Source: Kiritimatiellia bacterium (lineage in GTDB: Bacteria; Verrucomicrobiota; Kiritimatiellia; RFP12; UBA1067). Taken from it: a stretch of 64,000 nt of DNA. This document shows, piece after piece, positions 9,001 through 17,423 of this stretch; the first letter of the stretch is position 1; each line of letters starts with the position of its first letter. The DNA lies in assembly GCA_045627925.1 (NCBI GenBank), contig JAZQOS010000005.1, positions 2,900-66,899 on the forward strand, read 5' to 3'. The notes under the pieces are model-generated. The model ran no database searches. It saw only the letters and a program-made list of their open reading frames with translations, and was not told the origin of the DNA. A program made the translations under genes and the position numbers.

Positions 9001-9639
9001 GTGAGAAGGGGATTTACGCTAATCGAAATGCTGGTCGTAATCGGGATTATCGCGATTCTCATCGGTGCGAGCATGGGCGGATTCTCCTACGTGACCAAGC
9101 GCGCCGAGCAGGCGCGCGGCCGCGAGCTTGTCGCTAACACGGCGACTGCGTTAAATGTTCTCTTTCAGCGTCAGTCCTATTGGCCGCCGCGTCTCTTGAA
9201 CGAGGCGCAAGGCAATGGTCGGCTTACCGCTGAGGCCGGTGCGTGTCTTGCGCGCCACAATTTGATGTCGCTTTCTTCGACCAAGATTACCAGAGACGGC
9301 GAAGATGTCTATGTCCTTTCGGGTCTCGATCGTTGCGGAATCGTTTCTCCTTGGGCAACGGAAGTTTTGAAGCGCACCGCCTCCACCGGCGGCGGGCTTT
9401 CCGCCAGAGTTCCGAGCGGGGGTACGGTCCAAGATCACCAGCTCCACTTCGCGCTCGACGAGGACGGAGACGGCATTACCGAGGCGAAGCTCGGCGCGAA
9501 GACGGTTCGGGTTCGTGCGAACGCCGTCGTCTGGTCGTGGGGGCGGAACGGCCGTGAAGACGACTACGAAGCCTCGCAAGCGGGCCGCGGCAATGCGGAC
9601 GACATTTACAGCTGGACGAGTTCTCAGGAGGTTCGCTAA
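9001..9639 (+). CDS. pseudopilin-like protein (prepilin-type N-terminal domain)
   Basis: GTG start 6 nt after the SD aaaggag. VRRGFTLIEMLVVIGIIAILIGA leader. 212 aa. Confidence 0.85.
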   Translation: MRRGFTLIEMLVVIGIIAILIGASMGGFSYVTKRAEQARGRELVANTATALNVLFQRQSYWPPRLLNEAQGNGRLTAEAGACLARHNLMSLSSTKITRDGEDVYVLSGLDRCGIVSPWATEVLKRTASTGGGLSARVPSGGTVQDHQLHFALDEDGDGITEAKLGAKTVRVRANAVVWSWGRNGREDDYEASQAGRGNADDIYSWTSSQEVR

Positions 9640-10262
9640 TGCGGCGGCGCGGTTTTACGCTCGTCGAACTGATGATGGTGATCGCGGTAATCGCGGTCTT
9701 GATGACGATTGTGACGACCGCTTCGCTGGGCGCGATTCGCTCCTCGAGGACGAAGCGCGCGGACGCGATGCTCATTGCCCTGCAGGCCTCGATCGCGACT
9801 TATCGCGCGGCGAATTCTGCTGGCGAGTGGCCGGGCGCGCTGGAGAATTACGCGGAGAACGCGGAGAGCGCAGTTTTGAGCGAATCTGACGCGCAGAACG
9901 TCTTTCGGATTATCGTTCAGAAATCGACCGGCAAGAACGGTACGATTCTTCCGCTCATCGATCCGCACGGCCTTTTCGTCGCGCCCGAAGGCGTCGAGGA
10001 TGGCAAGGGCACGGGGCTTTCGTACGACGAGGCGATTCGTCAGGACTCGCGCCACCAAAAGCTCACGACCGACCGTATGGTCTTCGGCTATCAGGGCGTG
10101 AAGACCGGTAAGTTCCACCGCTTCAACATCGTCTATCACGCCGAGACCGATATGGTTACCGTTCACAAGTGCTGTCACGAGTGTCTGACGAAGAACGGTA
10201 CTTGCAGCAAGAACGGCCAAAACAACAAGTGCGAGAAGTGCCACCGCTACGAACAGGAATGA
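9639..10262 (+). CDS. pseudopilin-like protein with a C-terminal CxxC...CxxC tail
   Basis: MRRRGFTLVELMMVIAVIAVLMTIV leader. TAATG overlap with the previous gene. The tail is VHKCCHECLTKNGTCSKNGQNNKCEKCHRYEQE. Confidence 0.85.
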   Translation: MRRRGFTLVELMMVIAVIAVLMTIVTTASLGAIRSSRTKRADAMLIALQASIATYRAANSAGEWPGALENYAENAESAVLSESDAQNVFRIIVQKSTGKNGTILPLIDPHGLFVAPEGVEDGKGTGLSYDEAIRQDSRHQKLTTDRMVFGYQGVKTGKFHRFNIVYHAETDMVTVHKCCHECLTKNGTCSKNGQNNKCEKCHRYEQE

Positions 10263-11062
10263 AAAAGGGTTTTACCTTAGTTGAACTATTGCTGGTCATG
10301 GGCCTTATGGCGCTCATGGGCGCGATGGCGATTGGCGGTTATGCGGCGATTACTCGCGGCATGTCCGATCGCGCGGCGATTGACGCGGCGAAAACGGTTG
10401 CCGAGGCCGCGCAACAACGCGCGAACATCGACCAGGCGAAGACCTATCTTTATCTCTTTAACGAAGTGGACAAGATTGATTCCGATATGTCGCCCGGCGT
10501 CGTTTCGGGCGTCATCATCGCGGTTCGTCCGGTCGGGCGGATATCCGCCGTGCCTGAAGGCGGGTTTTACGTCGACGAGTTTGGCGATCTCGACGAGACT
10601 TATCGTGCGCTGGACGATGAAAGTAAAGAAATGACCGAAAGCGAGAAAGAGGAGAGCGCGGTGCCGATTCGGCTTTATAGCATTCCCCAAAGGACCTACG
10701 CGTCGGTGCTTGAAGGCGTCGAGAAGGCGAATGGGCTTGTGGACGGCGATTTGGAGGATGGCTCGACCATCGATGTTACCGACGCCATGTACGGCTTTCG
10801 AAAAGTGGATGGCGACGCGGAGTTTAAGCCCGGCGACCAGTATGGTCAGGAGTTCGCGGTGATGCGCTTACCGCCGAACTACACGTTTTCCCAGAACGTG
10901 ACCATGAAGAGCGTGAACGATCTCGGTCAGACGAAGGTCGATGTAATCGAGGTCAATCCCGGCGACGCTTCCGCGCCTTCGGTGCAGGTATTCGTGCGTC
11001 GCCCGAACGGCGTTTTCGAGTCCATCGGTTCTACTTCGCAAACCAAGGACGGCAAGCAATGA
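10259..11062 (+). CDS. pseudopilin-like protein (prepilin-type N-terminal domain)
   Basis: The ATG at 10259 overlaps the upstream stop (ATGA). MKKGFTLVELLLVMGLMALMGAMA leader. 267 aa. Confidence 0.85.
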   Translation: MKKGFTLVELLLVMGLMALMGAMAIGGYAAITRGMSDRAAIDAAKTVAEAAQQRANIDQAKTYLYLFNEVDKIDSDMSPGVVSGVIIAVRPVGRISAVPEGGFYVDEFGDLDETYRALDDESKEMTESEKEESAVPIRLYSIPQRTYASVLEGVEKANGLVDGDLEDGSTIDVTDAMYGFRKVDGDAEFKPGDQYGQEFAVMRLPPNYTFSQNVTMKSVNDLGQTKVDVIEVNPGDASAPSVQVFVRRPNGVFESIGSTSQTKDGKQ

Positions 11063-11619
11063 GACGCGGTTTTACTTTGATGGAGGTGAATCTCGCCATG
11101 TTTATCATGGCGGTGGGGACGCTCGGGCTGGTGAGTCTCTACACTTTCGGCTATCGCGAAAACCAACAGTCAGTCGAGGATGTCCAGGCGGCGGCGATTG
11201 CCGAGATGAATATGAACGCGATGGCGGCGGCGCTTTCCTCGACCAATATGACCTGGGAGTCGTGGAAGAGTCTCGGACAGCTTCCCCGAGATGGTTGGGG
11301 GAAGTACGCGGGCGATGGTACCAATTCCGGGATTAGTGACAACGCGGGTACGGGAAGCCTGAATCCGCTTTCCGATCCGAGTAGCGAGGCGCGGAGCGTT
11401 TTCGACGCGGTCATGAGCGCAGCCGGCGGTGCGAACGGCCAGTTCAGCGACCAAGGGCTTTGCGTCGGCATCGTCCTTACTCCCGATAATGCCACCAATC
11501 CTCGGATGTACACGATTGCGGTTCGATGCGGCAAGCGGGCGGCGACGCTCGTCTATCAGCCGCTCTACTACACCGCGGTCTATTTCCAGGGACTCCCAAA
11601 GGAGGCTCAGGCGCAATGA
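11059..11619 (+). CDS. minor pseudopilin-like protein (possibly GspI-like)
   Basis: MRRGFTLMEVNLAMFIMAVGTLGLVSLY leader. ATGA overlap. 186 aa. Confidence 0.8.
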   Translation: MRRGFTLMEVNLAMFIMAVGTLGLVSLYTFGYRENQQSVEDVQAAAIAEMNMNAMAAALSSTNMTWESWKSLGQLPRDGWGKYAGDGTNSGISDNAGTGSLNPLSDPSSEARSVFDAVMSAAGGANGQFSDQGLCVGIVLTPDNATNPRMYTIAVRCGKRAATLVYQPLYYTAVYFQGLPKEAQAQ

Positions 11620-12092
11620 AGAAACTGAAAAAAGGTTTCACGCTCCTGGAGATCCTAGTCGCGACGATGCTGCTGGCGATGCTGGTGACGATTCTCACTA
11701 TGATCTTCAACCAGTCCTCGATCGCTTGGACGGTTGGAACCGCCTCGGTCGTCGGTCTTGGCGACGCCAGGGAAAAGATTTCCCAATACTCCATCGCCGC
11801 CGAAAACGCGATTGTCCGCTCCGATGGCAACGTCGTGAACGTCGTTTCGGTTTGGGACGATTCCGGCAGCGGAATTCGCCAGGGCGACGCGCGTACGCTC
11901 TCGAATAATTCCACCGGGGTATCCATCCAGTCGAGCGATATTAGCGATCCTTTTAATGCCTCGTCGATTTCGATTGGGAGTGCGGCGTCGGCGGGGCGCG
12001 ACAGCTATGTTGTCGGCGTTACTTCCAAGGGAGCGAACGAAAGCGACGTTTGGGACGACATCACCACGATGCCCGAGGAGGTGGTGAAGTGA
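11616..12092 (+). CDS. minor pseudopilin-like protein (possibly GspH/J-like)
   Basis: The ATG at 11616 overlaps the upstream stop. MKKLKKGFTLLEILVATMLLAMLVTIL leader. 158 aa. Confidence 0.8.
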   Translation: MKKLKKGFTLLEILVATMLLAMLVTILTMIFNQSSIAWTVGTASVVGLGDAREKISQYSIAAENAIVRSDGNVVNVVSVWDDSGSGIRQGDARTLSNNSTGVSIQSSDISDPFNASSISIGSAASAGRDSYVVGVTSKGANESDVWDDITTMPEEVVK

Positions 12093-12535
12093 GGAAGGGC
12101 TTTACGCTAATCGAGCTTTTGGTGGTAGTCGCGATGATCCTCATTCTCGCGGGCGCGATGACGACGAGCATCGTTAACGCCCAGCGCCGTTCGCGGATTT
12201 CCCGCGCCGAGACCGAGACCAGAGAAATCACCAACGCGATTCTCGCTTTTGCGAACTATGCCGAAACCGGCGACTTGCAGGGCCACGAAATGGAAGACGC
12301 CGAGGCCGAGGAAGGCAAGCTCGGCTTCATCCTCGGCAAGGAGACGAGCCGCGGCGAGCCAGTGCCCGTTCTCTACAACGCCGCGCTCAGGAATGGTAAG
12401 ATTCTCGATCCGTGGGGTCGGCCTTATCGGATTACGATTAGGCGCGGCGAGCGGGTTTCGCCGCCCGGGATTCCCAATATGCAGATTCAGCTTTTCTATC
12501 CCAATTGGCATCGACTTTCGGAGGCCGAACGATGA
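12089..12535 (+). CDS. GspG-like major pseudopilin
   Basis: The GTG at 12089 overlaps the upstream stop (GTGA). VRKGFTLIELLVVVAMILILAGAM leader. ILDPWGRPYRI is the characteristic GspG DPWG-x-PY block. 148 aa. Confidence 0.8.
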   Translation: MRKGFTLIELLVVVAMILILAGAMTTSIVNAQRRSRISRAETETREITNAILAFANYAETGDLQGHEMEDAEAEEGKLGFILGKETSRGEPVPVLYNAALRNGKILDPWGRPYRITIRRGERVSPPGIPNMQIQLFYPNWHRLSEAER

Positions 12536-15432
12536 AGCGAATTTCCTCGCACAAGGGTAGCGCGCTTTTGATCGTCCTCGGGATGCTCGCGTTTATGGTC
12601 GTTTCGGCGGTGGCGTTTTCGATGTTCATGCGCCAAAGCCGCCTGCCGTCGAGCTTCCTTCGCCAACAGCTTACCTCCGCCCAGCTCGTGAAGGCGGGTC
12701 TCGCGGAGGCGATGACGCGCATCGATTCGGCGATTGGCGATGATCCCGCGCCGGGCGTCGGGAACTCCACCGGTCGAAACTACTGGCGCAATCGCGTCTA
12801 TATGGGCGGCGCGGGCGAATCGAGCGCGGGAGACACGGTTTCGACAATGCCGCTCGAAGGGCTCGCGTATCTTCCGCCTCCGCTCATCAATACCGTTCGC
12901 CACTGGGCGCGACGTTCCAGTACGGCGGTTTGGGACGCGCTCGGCTACGACGCGGGGCGTTACGCGTTCACCGCGATTGACGTTTCCGACTATTTCGATT
13001 TGAATCGCGTCCACGCGGGACTTATGCGCGATAGCTCGCCTTCGAACCGCATTTCGATTGCGAGCGTCTTTATGGACGACAAGGGCAACTTCGACGCCGA
13101 GCGCGCCGAGGCGTTCGAGAAATTCATCGAGAACGTCAACAAGGACACTTTCAAAACGCGCCTCGTTTCGCTCGCCGACTACAACCTTGCGCTGCATCGC
13201 CAGGGTCAGGCGACTGGCTTTGAAAGTCCGTTCTGCAAGTACTTCGAGAGCGGCACGGGCGATGGCATATTCTACGGCGAGGGCGACGAGGATTCAATCA
13301 AGAAGCAAACCTTCGTCACCGATTCGTGGTATCCCGATCTCACGGCCGCAACCAACACGACGAAAGTCGTCTTGACCGACGAGGACGGACAGCCGTTTGC
13401 CGACGCGACGCTCGACGAGCGCGTCGGCGTCGACGCCATCGGTGCGAGCAAGACCAAGGCGTACGCCAAGATGCGCGAACACATGAACGTTGCCGAATCG
13501 CTCGCGCTCAAGGACTATCTTGATGTGGACGACACGCCTTCGGCGCTCGCGTGGCCGACGATGGAGCGTACGCCGATGCTCGTCGCGTTGCAGGCGGCCG
13601 TCGACGGGGCGACGCTTAACGCCAAGTTGACTCCGACGGTGGTGAGCGAGGACGCCCAAACCGGAATCGCCCGAAAGAAGTGGTCGCTGACCGACATCGG
13701 CGGCGAGATTTTGATTTCGGGCGGTGCGGTCTATCCCTTCAAGCGTTCCTCGGCGATGGGGAACCCCGGCTCCTACGACTGCGAAGTGCTCGTCAAGGCG
13801 TTCTTCACCGATGCGTCGGCGGTGGCGTCGAATTTTTCGCGTACGCGCCTAAGCGGATTTAATCTCCATCCCGACAAGAGCGAGTGGGGTCAGTCGGGGA
13901 CTCGGCACAGCGACAACGGATACTGGTACGCGACCGCGAAGGGCAGCGCGAAGGTTTCCAAGTCGCCAATCGACGAAGAGGACGCGAAGATCGAAATCGA
14001 CTTCAATAATCTCAACTTCTCGCTCAGCAACGAGTCGTGGGATGTTTACGGCATTCGATATTCGACGCTCGATCCGAGCCAGTGCGAATTCGACGCCGGA
14101 GTGATGGAGCATCCGCTCGAATACCTCAAGAGCGACGGCTCGAGAGGAAATTTGCGCGATCTCGCCTCGGCGAACGGACCGATCTCGCTCAAGCTCCACT
14201 TCATGCTCTGGGTTCGCATCACCGAGGGCGGTCGTACGGTCGATATGTTCCCCGCGACGTTCGCGGACGACGCGACCTACAACGGCATCACTTCTTCGCT
14301 CGACGGCTATTCGCTCGGCGAGCCGAGTCAGAAGCCGGTGGTGCCGATCGGCGATGGCATCAAGCTAGATTACGATCCCGCGTCCTTCACGTCCCAAGCG
14401 GGCAACGTCTCGCCGACGGTCGAAGGCACGGCGAACTTGAACATTGTCTGCAACGATCCGCGCTACAACTGGGCGCCGGAGGATTGGTATTCGGTCGAGA
14501 GCGGCGGCGGCTACGACGGTTGGAAGGCGAATATCCAACGCTTCGACGGCACTCGCCCCGCCGACATCTTTCAGTTCGTCGCCAACCAGGGATATTTGCA
14601 GTCGATGGGCGAGCTCCAGTTCCTGCCGCTGGTGCGCAACGGCTATAATGACTTCAACGGCGATGAACTGGGCGGTAGCTTCTTCACTGGTGTAAATCGC
14701 TACGACGGTAAGCCGTTCGCCGAGCGTACTTCGGTTGGCGCGCTCGCCAACCGCTCGTATATGTGGAGATCGCGCGACCTCTTCGGCAAGCACCGCCCGA
14801 CGAGCGACGCGGACGATCCGTATATGTGGGACATTCTCGATTCGGTCGGCGGCACTGCGATTAGCCCCTACGCGAAGTCGGATACGATTATGGCCGCGCT
14901 CGTCAACACGCCTTACGACTGGATCGTCGCTTCCGAGAACGACAAGGACGATCTCAAATTCGGCGCGACGCTTTCCGAGGGACTCGACTACTGCTTCAAC
15001 GACCAGTCGTCCGAGGCGCCGCTCGATTGGGAGGACTTGAAGACGATTGCGAATAATTTGAGCGCAAAGCTCCGTTCGAGCGACGACTGGGAGCGCGACT
15101 GGAGCGAGTGGAGTGAATGGGGCGAAGACGGCGGCGCGTTCTTCGGCGCAAGCCCCGAGCATTTCCACGACGTCGACCGGAAGTTCCTCTTCGGCTACTG
15201 GCGCAATTGCTTCGCCAATCGTCAGCAGCTCTTCCTCGTTTTCGTTCGCGCCGAGCCCTCGGTTATGGGCGGAGCGTCCGCGGGTCACACCCCGGCGCAG
15301 CTCGGAGCGCGTGCGGTCGCGCTCGTTTGGCGCGAGCCGGTTTCCTCGATTGAGGCGAGCGGTTCCTCCGAAGAAGGCACGGCGGCGAAGCCCCATCGGA
15401 TGCGAATTCTCTTTTATCATCAATTCAACTGA
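12532..15432 (+). CDS. giant GspK-like minor pseudopilin (966 aa)
   Basis: The ATG at 12532 overlaps the upstream stop (ATGA). The N-terminus MKRISSHKGSALLIVLGMLAFMVVSAVAFSMFMRQSR matches the GspK-type G-[SA]-ALL-x-VL leader that lacks Glu+5. It is about three times the usual GspK length. Confidence 0.7.
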   Translation: MKRISSHKGSALLIVLGMLAFMVVSAVAFSMFMRQSRLPSSFLRQQLTSAQLVKAGLAEAMTRIDSAIGDDPAPGVGNSTGRNYWRNRVYMGGAGESSAGDTVSTMPLEGLAYLPPPLINTVRHWARRSSTAVWDALGYDAGRYAFTAIDVSDYFDLNRVHAGLMRDSSPSNRISIASVFMDDKGNFDAERAEAFEKFIENVNKDTFKTRLVSLADYNLALHRQGQATGFESPFCKYFESGTGDGIFYGEGDEDSIKKQTFVTDSWYPDLTAATNTTKVVLTDEDGQPFADATLDERVGVDAIGASKTKAYAKMREHMNVAESLALKDYLDVDDTPSALAWPTMERTPMLVALQAAVDGATLNAKLTPTVVSEDAQTGIARKKWSLTDIGGEILISGGAVYPFKRSSAMGNPGSYDCEVLVKAFFTDASAVASNFSRTRLSGFNLHPDKSEWGQSGTRHSDNGYWYATAKGSAKVSKSPIDEEDAKIEIDFNNLNFSLSNESWDVYGIRYSTLDPSQCEFDAGVMEHPLEYLKSDGSRGNLRDLASANGPISLKLHFMLWVRITEGGRTVDMFPATFADDATYNGITSSLDGYSLGEPSQKPVVPIGDGIKLDYDPASFTSQAGNVSPTVEGTANLNIVCNDPRYNWAPEDWYSVESGGGYDGWKANIQRFDGTRPADIFQFVANQGYLQSMGELQFLPLVRNGYNDFNGDELGGSFFTGVNRYDGKPFAERTSVGALANRSYMWRSRDLFGKHRPTSDADDPYMWDILDSVGGTAISPYAKSDTIMAALVNTPYDWIVASENDKDDLKFGATLSEGLDYCFNDQSSEAPLDWEDLKTIANNLSAKLRSSDDWERDWSEWSEWGEDGGAFFGASPEHFHDVDRKFLFGYWRNCFANRQQLFLVFVRAEPSVMGGASAGHTPAQLGARAVALVWREPVSSIEASGSSEEGTAAKPHRMRILFYHQFN

Positions 15433-15445
15433 GGTTAGGACGGGA

Positions 15446-16348
15446 ATGAAAAAGGCGTTTACGTTGGTGGAGATGCTGGTCGTTATCGGCATTATCGGGG
15501 TATTGGTGGCGACGATGGCGGGGCTTTTCCGCGGTTCGACCGATAAGGCGCGGATGGTGAAGTGCATGACCAATTTGAAAAACCTCGCTTCCGCGGTCGG
15601 CTCTTCGGCGATGTCGAGCGGCCACTACCCCTACGCCCAAAGTGCGCAGTATATGGACACCGCCGGCTCCGAGGTCGCCTATCGTACTCATAAGGGTTGG
15701 ATTACCTATCTCGATAACGACATTGAATATCCGCTCAAAAACCCGGGCACGTTCACCCAGGTGTCGTTTGCGAGTGATGATGCGGACGAGATTTCCTACG
15801 CGATTACCAATGGCGCGCTTTGGCAGGCGGTCGGCAAGATGCGCGACGTCTATACTTGTCCGGCGCATGTCGACGCGTGTCTCAAGGCGAACCATCGCAC
15901 CCCGGGCTGGAGTTATCAGATGAACGCCTACTTCGGCTACGAGCCGGAACCCGGAGATGCCGCCCGCACTGTGCACGACGTCGTTAATTTTCACAGCGTG
16001 AATCGCGCCGACCGAATTCTTCTTTTTGCCGAGATTCAGGCGGTAGCGCCGAAAGTAGCGAATATGCAACTTCCGAAGATTAATTTGAGCGGTGGCAACG
16101 GCGAGAAGGAAATGGACGCTTGTCTCGTCTACAAGACCAAGAACGGCACGGAATCGATTGGCTTCAATCACGCGAGCGGTCGGGATATGGTCGGACACGT
16201 CGCATTCGCCGATGGTCATGTTGAGGCGATTATCGCGCCTAAGGCCGGTAACTACGCCGATCTTACCGATTGGCTCTGTAAAGGCTCTGACTACACTTAC
16301 GCCGATGGTCTCTACCAAGAGATTAAATCCACCGACGTAGAGCAGTAA
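15446..16348 (+). CDS. prepilin-leader protein of the PVC DUF1559-like family (C-terminal FADGHV motif)
   Basis: ATG at 15446. MKKAFTLVEMLVVIGIIGVLVATMAG leader. C-terminal GFNHASGRDMVGHVAFADGHVEAI. The upstream part of ORF 15113..16348 overlaps the GspK-like gene and is rejected. Confidence 0.85.
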   Translation: MKKAFTLVEMLVVIGIIGVLVATMAGLFRGSTDKARMVKCMTNLKNLASAVGSSAMSSGHYPYAQSAQYMDTAGSEVAYRTHKGWITYLDNDIEYPLKNPGTFTQVSFASDDADEISYAITNGALWQAVGKMRDVYTCPAHVDACLKANHRTPGWSYQMNAYFGYEPEPGDAARTVHDVVNFHSVNRADRILLFAEIQAVAPKVANMQLPKINLSGGNGEKEMDACLVYKTKNGTESIGFNHASGRDMVGHVAFADGHVEAIIAPKAGNYADLTDWLCKGSDYTYADGLYQEIKSTDVEQ

Positions 16349-16367
16349 AAATTTTTTATTTTCCCCG

Positions 16368-16397
16368 TTGACAAGGAAAACAAAAATATGTTATCAT
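16368..16397 (+). promoter_or_regulatory. strong sigma70-type promoter (TTGACA - 18 nt - TGtTATCAT)
   Basis: Consensus -35 TTGACA at 16368-16373. Extended -10 with TG at 16389-16390 and TATCAT at 16392-16397. It sits in the only large AT-rich intergenic gap of the window. Confidence 0.7.
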
Positions 16398-16403
16398 ACG
16401 CTC

Positions 16404-16600
16404 ACTTTGCGGTGGAAAGGGTCTCGGATGAGTGTCCGGGCCTAGGTAAAACCGGGCGCTTGAAGCGACCAGGTCCATTGCGAAGGGAGGTGTGCGGGAA
16501 ACCGAGCGTCTCGATCTGACGTCAGATCAAGGTAGAAGTCGATCCGGCCAGGTGGCCGAAGAGAACGAAGCCAAATCAACTAAAGAAAGAAAAACAAGAA
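16404..16600 (+). promoter_or_regulatory. long (~200 nt) structured 5' leader of the 16601 gene
   Basis: Hand-folded 11-bp helix 16406-16416 / 16474-16484 (3 G-U pairs). Perfect 16-nt palindrome GATCTGACGTCAGATC at 16513-16528. GC hairpin at 16545-16558. An A-rich, SD-less stretch lies before the ATG. Confidence 0.5.
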
Positions 16601-17335
16601 ATGAAGAAACTCATGATTGCGGCTGCGGTTGCGGCCATGATCGCTTCGGTGAAGGCCGCGTGCATCGACCCGGAGGAGCCGGAAGATCCTAACTGCGCGA
16701 TGGTCTATAAGGCCAGCATGTCGCTCAAGACGCTCACCGCCAAGGCGAAGACCACCAAGATCAAGTACGAGTGCGACGATCCGGAAACCCTTTCGTCGTG
16801 CTATCTCGTCTCGGGCACGATCAAGCTCGCCGGTATTCTCGCTTCGTGCGAGTGCGACTGCGGTCTCAGCGACACCGAGCAGATCTTCTGGAACACCTCC
16901 AAGAAGACTTGCGTCAACGGCGGGATTGAGTTCAACGATGGTGACATTCGTTTTAACTCCTACATGAGCAACAAGGCGACCAAGATTGCGACGACGTTCG
17001 GGTTCGCGTCCGATGATGGCTATACGCTCACGGCTGCTGGTTTCGGCACGTTCGACTATAAGAAGGGTCTCGTCAAGAGCCTCAGCGGTTACATCGTTGG
17101 TACCGTCCCGGCTCCTCTCTGCTCGGCCAAGTGCGCGGATCCGGAGCCGGCGTACGGCTTTGCCCTCTGCGACGATCTCGCGGTGCAGCCCGAGACCGTT
17201 CCGGCCTATGGTAGCTGGTCCATCAAGTATGATTCTTCGGCTTCGAAGAAGCACGCGAAGGACTCGACCTACCTCGAGCGCAAGCTCATCCCGGCCTATG
17301 CGTGGTGCGTGGAAGACGACGGCGAGGACGACTAA
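16601..17335 (+). CDS. secreted Cys-rich acidic protein (hypothetical), monocistronic
   Basis: 244 aa. Signal peptide MKKLMIAAAVAAMIASVKA. 12 Cys after the signal. Acidic tail EDDGEDD. Flanked by its own promoter and terminator. Confidence 0.85.
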   Translation: MKKLMIAAAVAAMIASVKAACIDPEEPEDPNCAMVYKASMSLKTLTAKAKTTKIKYECDDPETLSSCYLVSGTIKLAGILASCECDCGLSDTEQIFWNTSKKTCVNGGIEFNDGDIRFNSYMSNKATKIATTFGFASDDGYTLTAAGFGTFDYKKGLVKSLSGYIVGTVPAPLCSAKCADPEPAYGFALCDDLAVQPETVPAYGSWSIKYDSSASKKHAKDSTYLERKLIPAYAWCVEDDGEDD

Positions 17336-17343
17336 TTCCAAAA

Positions 17344-17371
17344 TACACCATTTACCTAAGGCAATGGTGTA
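17344..17371 (+). terminator. first hairpin after the 16601 gene (9-bp stem)
   Basis: TACACCATT (17344-17352) pairs with AATGGTGTA (17363-17371). 10-nt loop. Confidence 0.45.
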
Positions 17372-17374
17372 ATC

Positions 17375-17412
17375 AAACCGAGATGGGTTTAACGCCCATC
17401 TCGGTTTCATTT
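17375..17412 (+). terminator. rho-independent terminator / attenuator
   Basis: Perfect 13-bp stem AAACCGAGATGGG (17375-17387) / CCCATCTCGGTTT (17395-17407). 7-nt loop. T-rich tail TTTCATTT. Confidence 0.7.
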
Positions 17413-17423
17413 AGCGAGCAAAT

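Noticed and set aside
16492-16692. 66-aa ORF spanning the leader and the start of the 16601 gene (possible leader peptide)
   Set aside because: It has a GTG start without an SD. It runs out of frame into the downstream CDS. Its product is low-complexity (..HDCGCGCGHDRFGEG..). There is no evidence beyond being open.
17336-17423. Promoter for the PPIase and downstream genes within the terminator region
   Set aside because: I found no convincing -35/-10 pair. Downstream genes are more simply explained by partial read-through of the 17375-17412 hairpin, which would then act as an attenuator. This is left untested.
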